From contig DASROF010000017.1 of assembly GCA_035647075.1 (NCBI GenBank), forward strand, positions 10,718-74,717: DNA of 64,000 bases, written 5' to 3'. Under the pieces are notes generated by a model. That model was not told the DNA's origin, searched no databases, and saw only the letters and a program-made list of their open reading frames with translations. The position numbers and the translations under genes were made by a program. This DNA is from Vicinamibacterales bacterium (lineage in GTDB: Bacteria > Acidobacteriota > Vicinamibacteria > Vicinamibacterales > UBA2999). The first letter of the stretch is position 1; every line of letters starts with the position of its first letter. This document shows positions 51,113-60,127 of the stretch, piece by piece.

Positions 51113-51556
51113 GTGAATCAGCCGTCTCTTTTCGGCCCTGCGTCCGGCGGGACCGCATCGGCCAACATCGACGGCGGCTCACGCGGCAACCCCGGGCCTG
51201 CTGGCTACGGCGTCCGCATCGAGCGCGAGGACGGCTCGATCGTCGACTTAAAGGAGGCGCTGCCGCTGGCCACGAATAACGTGGCCGAGTACAACGGCCT
51301 GCTGGCAGCGCTGCGCTGGGCCGCCGGCAACGGCGTTGCCAGGCTGCACATTCGCTCCGACTCGGAACTCCTCGTCAAACAGATGAAGGGCCTGTATCGC
51401 GTGAAGAATCCCGGACTGCAGCCGCTCTACGAAGAGGCGGTGTCGCTGGCGCGCAGGATTGGGCGCGTCACGTTCGAGCACGTGCGGCGGGAATTCAATA
51501 AGGACGCGGACCGGCTTGCCAACGAAGCGATGGACGAAGCGGCCTCCTCGACGTAG
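51113..51556 (+). CDS. rnhA: Ribonuclease HI family protein
   Basis: DGGSRGNPGPAGYG, NNVAEYNGLLAAL, IRSDSELLVKQM and NKDADRLAN catalytic blocks. GTG start. Confidence 0.8.
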   Translation: MNQPSLFGPASGGTASANIDGGSRGNPGPAGYGVRIEREDGSIVDLKEALPLATNNVAEYNGLLAALRWAAGNGVARLHIRSDSELLVKQMKGLYRVKNPGLQPLYEEAVSLARRIGRVTFEHVRREFNKDADRLANEAMDEAASST

Positions 51557-51580
51557 CGTTGTCCGACGTAGGGCACCCTT

Positions 51581-52369
51581 TCAAGAGTGCCGACCACACC
51601 TGATGACGCCGGCAATCCTGCCGGCGTTTTCTTTTTCCGCCCTGTACGACGTCAGGATGTCGAGGTGCATCGCGGTACAGAGGCCGGCATCGTAGATCTG
51701 CCCCGGCGGCACTCCCGCCAGAATCAGTTGATCGCCGTTCGCACCGGCGACGTCGAGCCGCAGCTGCGACCGTTCTCCTGATCCACGCGGCGGCGGTGGC
51801 GTCGAGAACCACCGATCGATGAGATACCGTTCGTGGCCGGCGGCTGCAAACGCGTCGACGAGATCCGTTCCCACCTGATAGCAGCACGGACCGATGCTTG
51901 GTCCGATCGCGGCGACGACGTCCTGAGGACGCGTCCCGAATTCGCGCGCCATGGCGTTCAACGCCGAGACCGCGGCGCGAGCCGCCGTACCGCGCCAGCC
52001 GGCATGCACAGCGGAAACAGCTCCCGTCGCACGATCGGCCATCAGGATCGGAACACAGTCCGCCGCACGGACAGCGACAGCCACACCAGGGACATCGGAG
52101 ACGAGAATATCTGCTTCCGGCGGCTCCCCCGGCGGCGATGAGCCCCGATGGATCACGTGAGCCGCGGCGCCGTGCACCTGCGTGAGCGTCACGACGCGTT
52201 CAGCGCCGACAGCCTGCGCCAGCTGCGCATAGTCCGAGGCATCGGCCAGCCGCAGCTGCCGCGTCGTGAACAGGTGCGCCGCCAGTTCGTCGAGCGGCCG
52301 GCACCGAAGCGCGGCGCCCCACGGCGCATCTGCCCAGTAGAAGGAGTCAGGTACAGGAGGAAGGGGCAT
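51581..52369 (-). CDS. pgeF: Peptidoglycan editing factor PgeF (YfiH/DUF152 laccase-domain protein)
   Basis: The start was moved to MPLPPVP. Blocks LTQVHG, ADCVPIL, HAGWRG and CTAMH. Confidence 0.85.
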   Translation of the reverse strand: MPLPPVPDSFYWADAPWGAALRCRPLDELAAHLFTTRQLRLADASDYAQLAQAVGAERVVTLTQVHGAAAHVIHRGSSPPGEPPEADILVSDVPGVAVAVRAADCVPILMADRATGAVSAVHAGWRGTAARAAVSALNAMAREFGTRPQDVVAAIGPSIGPCCYQVGTDLVDAFAAAGHERYLIDRWFSTPPPPRGSGERSQLRLDVAGANGDQLILAGVPPGQIYDAGLCTAMHLDILTSYRAEKENAGRIAGVIRCGRHS

Positions 52370-52381
52370 ACTAGAACCTAC

Positions 52382-52759
52382 ATGGATATCGTCGGCATCG
52401 GCATCGACGCAACCGAAATCCATCGCATCGCTGAGTCGATCGAACGCTGGGGTGATCGTTTTGTCGATCGTGTCTTCACGGCCGGCGAAGTTGCATACTG
52501 TCGCCGCCGGCGTGACTTTGCTTCGTCGTTCGCGGCGCGCTTTGCGGCGAAAGAGGCCGCGATGAAGGCGCTCGGCACGGGCCACTCACGCGGGGTCTTC
52601 TGGACCGGTATCGAGGTCGTCCGCCGCCATGGTCCGCCGCAGCTCACGTTTCACGGCGGCGCGGCACAACGGTTCGCCGAGCTCGGCGCCACCGGCTCTC
52701 TGCTGACGCTTACCCATTCACAGGACCTTGCCATCGCGCATGTGCTGCTCGTTCGGTAG
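52382..52759 (+). CDS. acpS: Holo-[acyl-carrier-protein] synthase
   Basis: The start was moved to MDIVGIGIDATEI. FAAKEAAMKALG and SLTHS..LAIA motifs. Confidence 0.88.
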   Translation: MDIVGIGIDATEIHRIAESIERWGDRFVDRVFTAGEVAYCRRRRDFASSFAARFAAKEAAMKALGTGHSRGVFWTGIEVVRRHGPPQLTFHGGAAQRFAELGATGSLLTLTHSQDLAIAHVLLVR

Positions 52760-52946
52760 CCGCAACGCCAGTTGTCGTTCCCGGGGCGCCCGAGCCGAGG
52801 CTGATCCCGCCTGCACGTGAAAACCTTCCCCGCTGTGTAAGTTACGGCGACAGCCGGTCCAACCGCACGGCGGCCACTCCTTTGCCTTCATACCGATTCG
52901 CCAGCGCTCCGCCGACGCTCACGGGCTTCGGCGGGCAAGTTGTCCG

Positions 52947-53264
52947 ATGGAGGAAGCCGTGGTCGTCAAAATCATTCAGAGCGAAAATAACACCGCGCCG
53001 GGAAAGCTTGCCGACGCCGAACTGCACTTCACCGAAGGCGTGCTCGACGGCCTCAAGCTGGTTGGGTTCACCGTCTGGGAGCGCCGCAGCGGCACCGGCC
53101 GCAACGTCACCTTTCCAGCACGGTCATATACCGTCGGTGGTGAGCGGCGCAGCTGGGCGCTGCTGCGGCCCACGGCCGGCGATGTTGCGGCGCAGGAGCG
53201 GCTTCGCGACCTGATTCTCCAGGCATACGCGGAGTACGAAGAGCAGGCTGCCGTCGCATCGTAG
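52947..53264 (+). CDS. Hypothetical small protein, possibly SpoVG-like fold
   Basis: The pattern GKLADAELHF..G.L.GLKLVGFTVWE....G.NVTFPAR is loosely reminiscent of SpoVG. GGAGGAAG precedes an alternative GTG start at 52959. Confidence 0.4.
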   Translation: MEEAVVVKIIQSENNTAPGKLADAELHFTEGVLDGLKLVGFTVWERRSGTGRNVTFPARSYTVGGERRSWALLRPTAGDVAAQERLRDLILQAYAEYEEQAAVAS

Positions 53265-53290
53265 GACACCCCTTTACCGGGTGCCACACG

Positions 53291-55036
53291 CTACTGGAGC
53301 ACCGTGAGGAGGCGGGCGTTTTCCTTCTGCCGCTTCGGCGGCAACGTCCACTCCTCGCGAAACCCTTTTTCCAGCTCGCTTCGGAAGAACGCGTCCTTCA
53401 TTCCGCCGTCGATGATGTCCCACGGCAACATCGCGTCGGCTGAGCGATCGCGGAAGACAAAGAAATCGGCGTCGACGCCGGCCTCGGCCACAGCGGCGCG
53501 CCAGTTGCCACCGTTGCGCTCCGCCGCCTCGATTGCAGGCGCAACACGCCGATCACCGAGTGACAGCAGCGCCTGGTAGAAGGAATGCCGCTCCGACTTG
53601 ATGTTGAAGTACACGTTGTCGATATCGGTGATCAGGGTGCGCATCCGACGGATCGTGCGCTCGATGACGCGGTCGTCCGTCATCGGCAGCCACTGATACG
53701 CGGTACCCGGTTTCGGCACCAGTGGGTTCACACTGCCGACAATCCGACCGACCTGCCCGCGCGGGCGGGCATGCCTCATCATGATGTCGCGCAGTTGCAA
53801 CGTGAGGTCGCGAATCGCGACGAGGTCTTCGTCCGTTTCCGTCGGCAGCCCGATCATGTAGTACAGCTTCAGGTTCTCGAACCCGGCGGCAAAGATCATC
53901 TCGGCGGCGTTGAGGATCTCGTCGTTCGTGACGGTCTTGTTGATGACGCGGCGGAGACGGTCGGAACCGGTTTCGGGCGCGATAGTGATCGTCCGCTCGC
54001 CGCTCCGGCGCAGCAGATCGAGAATCGTTGGCGTCAGGTCATCAAGGCGCAGCGACGCCGGGCTGATCGAGTAGCCCATCTCGACGAGCGCCGTGAGGAT
54101 TTCTTCGACGTCCGGGTGATCGCAGAGCGCAATCGAAACGAGACCTGCCTTGTTCGAATACGGCTTCGCCCGCTTTGCCAGCTCGAGGATGCGCTCCTTC
54201 GGAAACGCGCGGACGGGCAGGTAGTTGTAGCCGGCCCAGCAGAATCGACACAGGTTGGCGCAGCCGCGGACGACTTCCACCAGGAAGCGCGAGCCCAGCT
54301 CCGTCTCCGGCGTGAAGATCGTGGTCGCCGGAGGGTCTACGGCGTCGGTGGTCTTCAACGCTGCCTTCTTGACCGTCGCTGGCGCTCCCGTACCTTGACG
54401 CGGAAGGAACGCGGAGATCGTTCCGTCCCTCGCGTACTCCACGTCGTAGAACGCGGGGACGTAGTAGCCGCGTTCCGCTACCAGCCGCCGCAGCAGGTCG
54501 TCGCGATCGCTGGCCTCCTTGAACGCCTTGAGCAACGCAGGGATCAGGACCTCGCCTTCTCCTGCCGCGATCACGTCCGCAAACAGCGCGAGCGGCTCAG
54601 GGTTGACGAAGGTGACGGCGCCGCCGATCAGGACCAGCGGATCATGGTGCGTCCGCGCATCGGCTCGCAGCGGAATGCCCGCCAGCCGCATCAGCGTCAG
54701 CACATTGGTGTAGTCCCATTCGAACGAGACCGAAAAGGCCACCACGTCAAAATCACGGACCGGCGTCTGCGATTCGAGCGTCAGCAGCGGAGCGCCCGCA
54801 GCTACCTGTGCCGCGAGCTCACTCTTCGGCGGCAGAAAGAAACGTTCGCAGACGATGCCGTCTTCCTCGTTGAAGAGCTTGTAGACGGTCTGGAACCCGA
54901 GGTTCGACATGCCCACGAAGTAGGTATTCGGAAACGCCAGCGCAACGCGCAGCCTGCCGCCGTGCGGCTTGCGCACGTATCCCACCTCCTTCGAGAGGAG
55001 TTCGAGTGCACGCTCGCGTTGTTTCCATTCCTTCAT
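53291..55036 (-). CDS. B12-binding-domain radical SAM protein (TIGR03960-like)
   Basis: CANLCRFC (CxxxCxxC) cluster motif, an N-terminal B12-like domain, and about 580 aa in length. Confidence 0.75.
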   Translation of the reverse strand: MKEWKQRERALELLSKEVGYVRKPHGGRLRVALAFPNTYFVGMSNLGFQTVYKLFNEEDGIVCERFFLPPKSELAAQVAAGAPLLTLESQTPVRDFDVVAFSVSFEWDYTNVLTLMRLAGIPLRADARTHHDPLVLIGGAVTFVNPEPLALFADVIAAGEGEVLIPALLKAFKEASDRDDLLRRLVAERGYYVPAFYDVEYARDGTISAFLPRQGTGAPATVKKAALKTTDAVDPPATTIFTPETELGSRFLVEVVRGCANLCRFCWAGYNYLPVRAFPKERILELAKRAKPYSNKAGLVSIALCDHPDVEEILTALVEMGYSISPASLRLDDLTPTILDLLRRSGERTITIAPETGSDRLRRVINKTVTNDEILNAAEMIFAAGFENLKLYYMIGLPTETDEDLVAIRDLTLQLRDIMMRHARPRGQVGRIVGSVNPLVPKPGTAYQWLPMTDDRVIERTIRRMRTLITDIDNVYFNIKSERHSFYQALLSLGDRRVAPAIEAAERNGGNWRAAVAEAGVDADFFVFRDRSADAMLPWDIIDGGMKDAFFRSELEKGFREEWTLPPKRQKENARLLTVLQ

Positions 55037-55209
55037 GTGACGTGCGCCGTGGATCCTGAGCCGGAGGGACGTCCGATCGTGCGCGAGCTGACGCTGAGAC
55101 GACGGCGCTCGCGGCTGCCGTGGGTCTACCTAGTGTACAGGGTGCGGGCCGGTGGGGCGGGTGCCGCCAGAGCCGAGGCTCGTCGGAGGCGGACCCGCCG
55201 GTCTGATGC

Positions 55210-56553
55210 TCAGTTCTGCCGACGCAGGAAGGCAGGTACGTCGAACGGCGAGTCGAACTCGAGCGCCGGCTCGGCCGATCCGCCGCCAGCCGCGGTCAAC
55301 GGCACGCTCAGCTCAATGGGTGCCCGCCTGTTCACCGTGATCGACGACGCAAAAGTCATCTGAGGAGATGCCATCTGCGACGACACCATCTGGGTCGGCA
55401 TTGTCTGAGGCGTCGCCATCTGAGGCGAGGTCATTTGAGTCGAGGACATTTGAGAAGACACGGCGTTCTGCGGCACCGCAGCCTCCATCGATTGCTCGGC
55501 CGCGCGAGCCGAAACGGCATTTGCCGCGATCCGGTACGGCGTCAGGTCCGTGGGAGTCTCCACCAGCGCTCGCGCGCCTTTGTCGAATCCGGTGGCGATC
55601 ACCGTAATCTTGATCTTCCCGCCGAGATTGGGATCGACGACCGCGCCGAAAATGATGTTGGCGTCTTCGTGTGCCGCTTCCTGAATGACGCAGGACGCCT
55701 CGTTCACCTCCATCAGCGACATGTCCGGCCCGCCGGTGACGTTGATGATGACGCCGCGCGCGCCGGTGACGGATCCGTCTTCGAGCAACGGACTGGACAC
55801 CGCCTTCTGTGCGGCGATCATGGCGCGGCCGTCCCCTTCCGCGACGCCGGTACCCATCATCGCGACGCCCATACCCGACATGATCGTCTTGACGTCCGCG
55901 AAGTCGAGATTGATGAGTCCGGGCACGAGGATCAGGTCCGAGATTCCCTGAATCGCCTGCCGCAGCACATCGTCCGCCATCGTGAACGCCTGGGTCAGTG
56001 ACGTTTTACGGTCGATGATGGAGAGCAGCCGCTCGTTGGGAATAGTGATGACGGTGTCGACGCACTCGCGGAGCGCCTCGAGCCCGGCCTCGGCCTGCAT
56101 CGCTCGCTTCTTGCCCTCGAAGCGGAACGGCTTCGTCACGACAGCGATCGTGAGCGCACCAAGCTCGCTGGCCAGGCTCGCGATGACTGGCGCTGCCCCG
56201 GTGCCGGTGCCGCCGCCAAGGCCGGTCGTCACGAAGATCATGTCCGCGCCCGAGAGCGCGTGGATGATGGCGTCGGTGTCCTCTAGAGCTGCCTGACGCC
56301 CGATGTTCGGATCGGCGCCGGCGCCCAGCCCTTTCGTCAGCTTGTTCCCGATCTGCACCTTGACGGCGGCCTTGTTGTAGTCAAGCGCCTGGACGTCGGT
56401 ATTGGCGACGATGAATTCCACGCCGCCGAGGCCCACTTCCACCATCCGGTTCACGGCGTTGCTGCCGCCGCCCCCCACGCCGACCACCTTGATGGTGGCC
56501 GCCCCGCGGACGTCCGAATCGAGCGTCAGTCGCAGCTTTTCCGCCTCTTTCAT
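55210..56553 (-). CDS. ftsZ: Cell division protein FtsZ
   Basis: The start was moved to MKEAEK (ATG 56553, GGAGG upstream). [11 protein letters not shown] signature and C-terminal peptide DVPAFLRRQ. Confidence 0.95.
   Translation of the reverse strand: MKEAEKLRLTLDSDVRGAATIKVVGVGGGGSNAVNRMVEVGLGGVEFIVANTDVQALDYNKAAVKVQIGNKLTKGLGAGADPNIGRQAALEDTDAIIHALSGADMIFVTTGLGGGTGTGAAPVIASLASELGALTIAVVTKPFRFEGKKRAMQAEAGLEALRECVDTVITIPNERLLSIIDRKTSLTQAFTMADDVLRQAIQGISDLILVPGLINLDFADVKTIMSGMGVAMMGTGVAEGDGRAMIAAQKAVSSPLLEDGSVTGARGVIINVTGGPDMSLMEVNEASCVIQEAAHEDANIIFGAVVDPNLGGKIKITVIATGFDKGARALVETPTDLTPYRIAANAVSARAAEQSMEAAVPQNAVSSQMSSTQMTSPQMATPQTMPTQMVSSQMASPQMTFASSITVNRRAPIELSVPLTAAGGGSAEPALEFDSPFDVPAFLRRQN
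55357..55461 (-). repeat. Degenerate 15-bp tandem repeat x7 encoding an xSxQM pentapeptide array in the FtsZ linker
   Basis: The peptide is [35 protein letters not shown]. The DNA shows repeated CATCTGAGG/CATTTGAG units. Confidence 0.9.
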
Positions 56554-56576
56554 TTGAGCCTCCGTTTGATGACCCC

Positions 56577-56611
56577 GTAAAACTTTCAACTAGCAACTGC
56601 CAACTCCCAAC
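56577..56611. repeat. Heptamer tandem array in ftsA-ftsZ spacer (minus strand GTTGGGA GTTGGCA GTTGCTA GTTGAAA GTTTTAC)
   Basis: The plus strand reads GTAAAAC TTTCAAC TAGCAAC TGCCAAC TCCCAAC. Confidence 0.85.
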
Positions 56612-56641
56612 AGAGCTGGTAGGAACCGACTCCAGGTCGGC

Positions 56642-57874
56642 TTAGAAGAATTCCTTGAAGATCCCGCGCAGCCGCCCGGCCACGCGGCTGAATGCTCCAG
56701 CGCCGGCGCGCGACGGCTCCGGCACGCGGTTGCGGTGCGCATACAACACGACACCGACCGCTGTCGCGAATACAGGACTGTTCACGTGATCGGCGAGGCC
56801 GCCGATGCCGACCGGACTGCCGCGCCGGATCGGCAGGTCGAAGATCTGCTCGGCGATTTCGGGCATGCCTTCGAGAATGGAACCGCCCCCGGTGAGCACG
56901 ATTCCCGAGTTCAGTGATTTCTCGTAGCCGGCCCGCCGAATTTCATCCCATACGAGGTGGAACGTCTCCTCTGCTCGTGGCTGCAGAATCTCTGAGAGGA
57001 TCCGCCGCGCCATTACCCGGGGCTTCCGTCCGCCGACGCTTGCAACCTCGATGGTCTCGTCTTCATCGACCATCGACGAGAGCGCGCAGCCGTTCTTGCG
57101 CTTCACCTTCTCCGCATCAGGGATCGGGGTTCGCAGACCGACCGCAATGTCGTTCGTGAAGTGATCGCCGCCGATGGCGACGACACCGGTGTGCCACAGG
57201 CTGCCGCGCTCGAAGATTGCGAGATCGGCGGTCCCGCCGCCGATGTCCACCATCGCGACACCGAGCTCCTTCTCGTCGGATGTCAGGACCGCTTCCGCCG
57301 CCGCCAGCTGCTCGATTACGGTGTCCGTCACGGCGACGCCGGCGCGATTCACGCACGCCACGATGTTCTGGGTCGACGCCACCGCGCCGGTGATGACGTG
57401 CACGTTGACCTCGAGCCTTGCGCCTGTCATGCCGACGGGCGCGCCGATGCCATCCTGCTCGTCGACGACGAAGTCTTGCGGCAACACGTGGAGAATCTCC
57501 CGGCCGGTTGGAAGCGCCACCGCTTTTGCCGCATCAATCGCCCGCCGCACGTCGTCGCGCGTAATCTCACGGTTCTTGCCGGCGACGGCAATGACGCCGC
57601 GGCTGTTGAACCCCTTCGCGTGGGGTCCCGAGAGCGCGAGGTGCACCGAGTCCACCTCGATGCCGGCCATCAGCTCGGCTTCTTCGATCGCCTTCTTGAT
57701 CGAATCCACCGCGCCTTCGAGGTTCACGACGACGCCGCGCTTGATCCCGCGCGACTCCGCGACGCCGATGCCGACGATGTCGAGGCCCCCATCGTCCAGC
57801 GTCTCACCGACAATACACACGACGGCGGAGGTGCCGACGTCGAGTCCAACCACATATCGCTCTCTACGTGCCAC
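56642..57874 (-). CDS. ftsA: Cell division protein FtsA
   Basis: Actin-like ATPase blocks VGLDVGTS, VDIGGGTAD and VLTGGGS. It lies upstream of ftsZ. Confidence 0.93.
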   Translation of the reverse strand: MARRERYVVGLDVGTSAVVCIVGETLDDGGLDIVGIGVAESRGIKRGVVVNLEGAVDSIKKAIEEAELMAGIEVDSVHLALSGPHAKGFNSRGVIAVAGKNREITRDDVRRAIDAAKAVALPTGREILHVLPQDFVVDEQDGIGAPVGMTGARLEVNVHVITGAVASTQNIVACVNRAGVAVTDTVIEQLAAAEAVLTSDEKELGVAMVDIGGGTADLAIFERGSLWHTGVVAIGGDHFTNDIAVGLRTPIPDAEKVKRKNGCALSSMVDEDETIEVASVGGRKPRVMARRILSEILQPRAEETFHLVWDEIRRAGYEKSLNSGIVLTGGGSILEGMPEIAEQIFDLPIRRGSPVGIGGLADHVNSPVFATAVGVVLYAHRNRVPEPSRAGAGAFSRVAGRLRGIFKEFF

Positions 57875-57886
57875 TACGCCTCCCTG

Positions 57887-58708
57887 CTATTTCCCTGCCG
57901 TCCCCTGTGGCTTTACGAACACGTTGTCGCCAAACCGCAAGTCCACTGAGTCAATCTGCGGCACGTCCTCATGCAGGCGGGATGCGAGATCGACGTATGC
58001 CTGCACGCGGTCCGCAAAATGCTCATCGCCGGTGTGAAGAAGAGCGGGGTCGTCGTTCAAGATCACGACCGCATCGTTGACGTTCGACACGTCGACCTGC
58101 GACACCCGCCTGGCGAGATCCGGATGTCGCTGGAAATCCGCAAGGATGCGGCCGGCCAACGCCGCGCGATGCTCGGCCGTCGATGGATCGCGGTTACTGG
58201 CGGACGGCGTCAGACCGTCGATAATCGGCAGGTCGAACTCGGCGTACTTCGGGCCGAATTCGTCGATGACCGCACCCTCCTGATCGATCAGGTACAGCGC
58301 GCCCTGAATCCGGCCGATGCCCAGTGGCTCGCGTTCCGAGATCGCCACCGCGACCGTGCCGGGAAAGACGCGACGGATAGTCGCTTCGGCAACCCACGGC
58401 GCGTCGAGCAGCTTCTGGCGCCAGCTCTCGAGGTCGGCGGTCACCATGCTCGTGCCACGCAACCCTTCGAGAATCGCCTGGGCTTCACCCGGAGCCATCC
58501 GGTTGGTGCCCGTAACGGTGATCGTGTTGATGGTGAGAGCGTCGGCACTGAGCGCCGCTCCGGCCGCACGGAAGATGCCGTACAGAACGAGGACGGAGGC
58601 GACGGCGACGATGGCAACAATTCTCCACGATGGAAGCCAGCCGCGCTTCTTGCCGGGATGGACATGAGAACGCCTGAAGCGTTTGTCCGCTGGAGCGGCA
58701 ACCGGCAT
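57887..58708 (-). CDS. ftsQ: Cell division protein FtsQ (POTRA domain)
   Basis: Single TM then a POTRA/FtsQ domain. It lies between murC and ftsA, and its start overlaps the murC stop (ATGA). Confidence 0.8.
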   Translation of the reverse strand: MPVAAPADKRFRRSHVHPGKKRGWLPSWRIVAIVAVASVLVLYGIFRAAGAALSADALTINTITVTGTNRMAPGEAQAILEGLRGTSMVTADLESWRQKLLDAPWVAEATIRRVFPGTVAVAISEREPLGIGRIQGALYLIDQEGAVIDEFGPKYAEFDLPIIDGLTPSASNRDPSTAEHRAALAGRILADFQRHPDLARRVSQVDVSNVNDAVVILNDDPALLHTGDEHFADRVQAYVDLASRLHEDVPQIDSVDLRFGDNVFVKPQGTAGK

Positions 58709-60111
58709 CAGCGGCCAGCCTCCCGGCGGTTGAGCGCGTCCATCAGCTTTCGCGGAATCGTGCCGATGGACCCGGCGCCAAGCGTGATGATCGCGTCACC
58801 GGGACGGCAGATGTCGATCAGCCGGGCGACCACATCGTCGAGTAATCGGACGACATGGACCGGTCGTCCGGCTCCGCGTCTGACCGAGTCTGCCAGCGCT
58901 TCCAGCGTGACTCCAGGAATCGGCTCTTCACTCGCGGCATAGATGTCCGTGAGCACGATTTCGTCGGCCTCTTTCAGCGCCGGACCGAATTCGTCGAGCA
59001 GCTGCGCGGTACGGGAATAGCGATGCGGCTGAAACGCGACGATCAGCCGGCGGTTCAAGGCCGAGCGGGCGGCCGCGAGCACGGCGGCGATCTCGGTCGG
59101 GTGATGGCCGTAGTCGTCGACAACCAGCACGCCTGCGGCCTCGCCATGACGCTCAAATCGACGCTCGGCTCCAGCGAAGTCCCGTAGTGCACTCGCAACC
59201 TGTGCGAATCCAAGGCCCAGTTGGTCACCGGCCGCAACCGCGGCGAGCGCGTTCTGCAGGTTGTGGCGTCCCGGCACCGACAGTTCCAGGCGGCCGAGGA
59301 ACGCGGAGCCAGACACGCTCTGCCGATGAACGGCGCAGCGCCCGCCGAACGTTCCCACTTCGACATCCCGGCCGACGATGGTGGCCTCCGGATTGTCCAG
59401 TCCGTAAGTGACCACGCGGCGCTTCATACGCGGCATCACAGCCATGAGATTCGAATCGTCCGCACACGCGACCACGCTGCCGTAGAACGGCACCTTGTTC
59501 GCGAAGTCCGCAAAGGCCTGCTGCAGCTCGTCGAGGCTGCGATAGCTCTCCATATGTTCACGATCGACATTCGTGACGACGGCAATCGACGGCCACAGCA
59601 TCAGAAACGACCGGTCGCTCTCATCGGCCTCGACCACCATGTATTCGCTGTCACCCAGCCTCGCGTTGCTCCCGAAAACGCTCAATCGCCCACCAATGAC
59701 CGCGGTCGGATCGAGTCCGCCCCGCTCGAGCACCAGGGCAATCATCGATGTCGTCGTCGTCTTTCCGTGCGAGCCGGCCACCGCAATCGCAAAATGCAGC
59801 CGCATCAGCTCGGCGAGCATCTCGGCACGCGGGATCACCGGAATTCCCCTGCGCTCCGCCTCGACGATCTCCGGGTTCGTCTTCCGAATCGCAGACGAAA
59901 CAACCACGACGTCCGCGTCCCCGATATTCCCCGCCGCGTGCCCCTCGAACACCCGGACGTTGAACCGCTGCTGAAGGCGCGCCGTCACGTCCGATCCCTT
60001 CGCGTCGGAGCCGCTGATCTCGTACCCGAGGTTCGCCAGCAGCTCTGCGATCCCGCTCATCCCGATGCCTCCGACGCCGACGAAGTGCACCCGGCGCGTG
60101 CGGCCAAGCAT
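58708..60111 (-). CDS. murC: UDP-N-acetylmuramate--L-alanine ligase
   Basis: The start was moved to MLGRTRRVHFVGVGGIGMSGIAE. GSHGKTTTTSM P-loop and DDYGHHP. Confidence 0.93.
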   Translation of the reverse strand: MLGRTRRVHFVGVGGIGMSGIAELLANLGYEISGSDAKGSDVTARLQQRFNVRVFEGHAAGNIGDADVVVVSSAIRKTNPEIVEAERRGIPVIPRAEMLAELMRLHFAIAVAGSHGKTTTTSMIALVLERGGLDPTAVIGGRLSVFGSNARLGDSEYMVVEADESDRSFLMLWPSIAVVTNVDREHMESYRSLDELQQAFADFANKVPFYGSVVACADDSNLMAVMPRMKRRVVTYGLDNPEATIVGRDVEVGTFGGRCAVHRQSVSGSAFLGRLELSVPGRHNLQNALAAVAAGDQLGLGFAQVASALRDFAGAERRFERHGEAAGVLVVDDYGHHPTEIAAVLAAARSALNRRLIVAFQPHRYSRTAQLLDEFGPALKEADEIVLTDIYAASEEPIPGVTLEALADSVRRGAGRPVHVVRLLDDVVARLIDICRPGDAIITLGAGSIGTIPRKLMDALNRREAGR

Positions 60112-60127
60112 CAGGCCGCGCCGCGAA

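Noticed and set aside
55037-55209. The 173-bp spacer between ftsZ and the radical SAM gene, considered as a candidate small gene or ncRNA.
   Set aside because: It has only weak GC-rich stems (GGCGG-GT-CCGCC) and no ORF with an SD. It is consistent with an ordinary terminator and promoter region.
58708-60111. Absence of murB and ddl between murC and ftsQ, considered as an anomaly.
   Set aside because: dcw cluster content varies across phyla, and these genes are often encoded elsewhere. This is not evidence of anything unusual without the whole genome.
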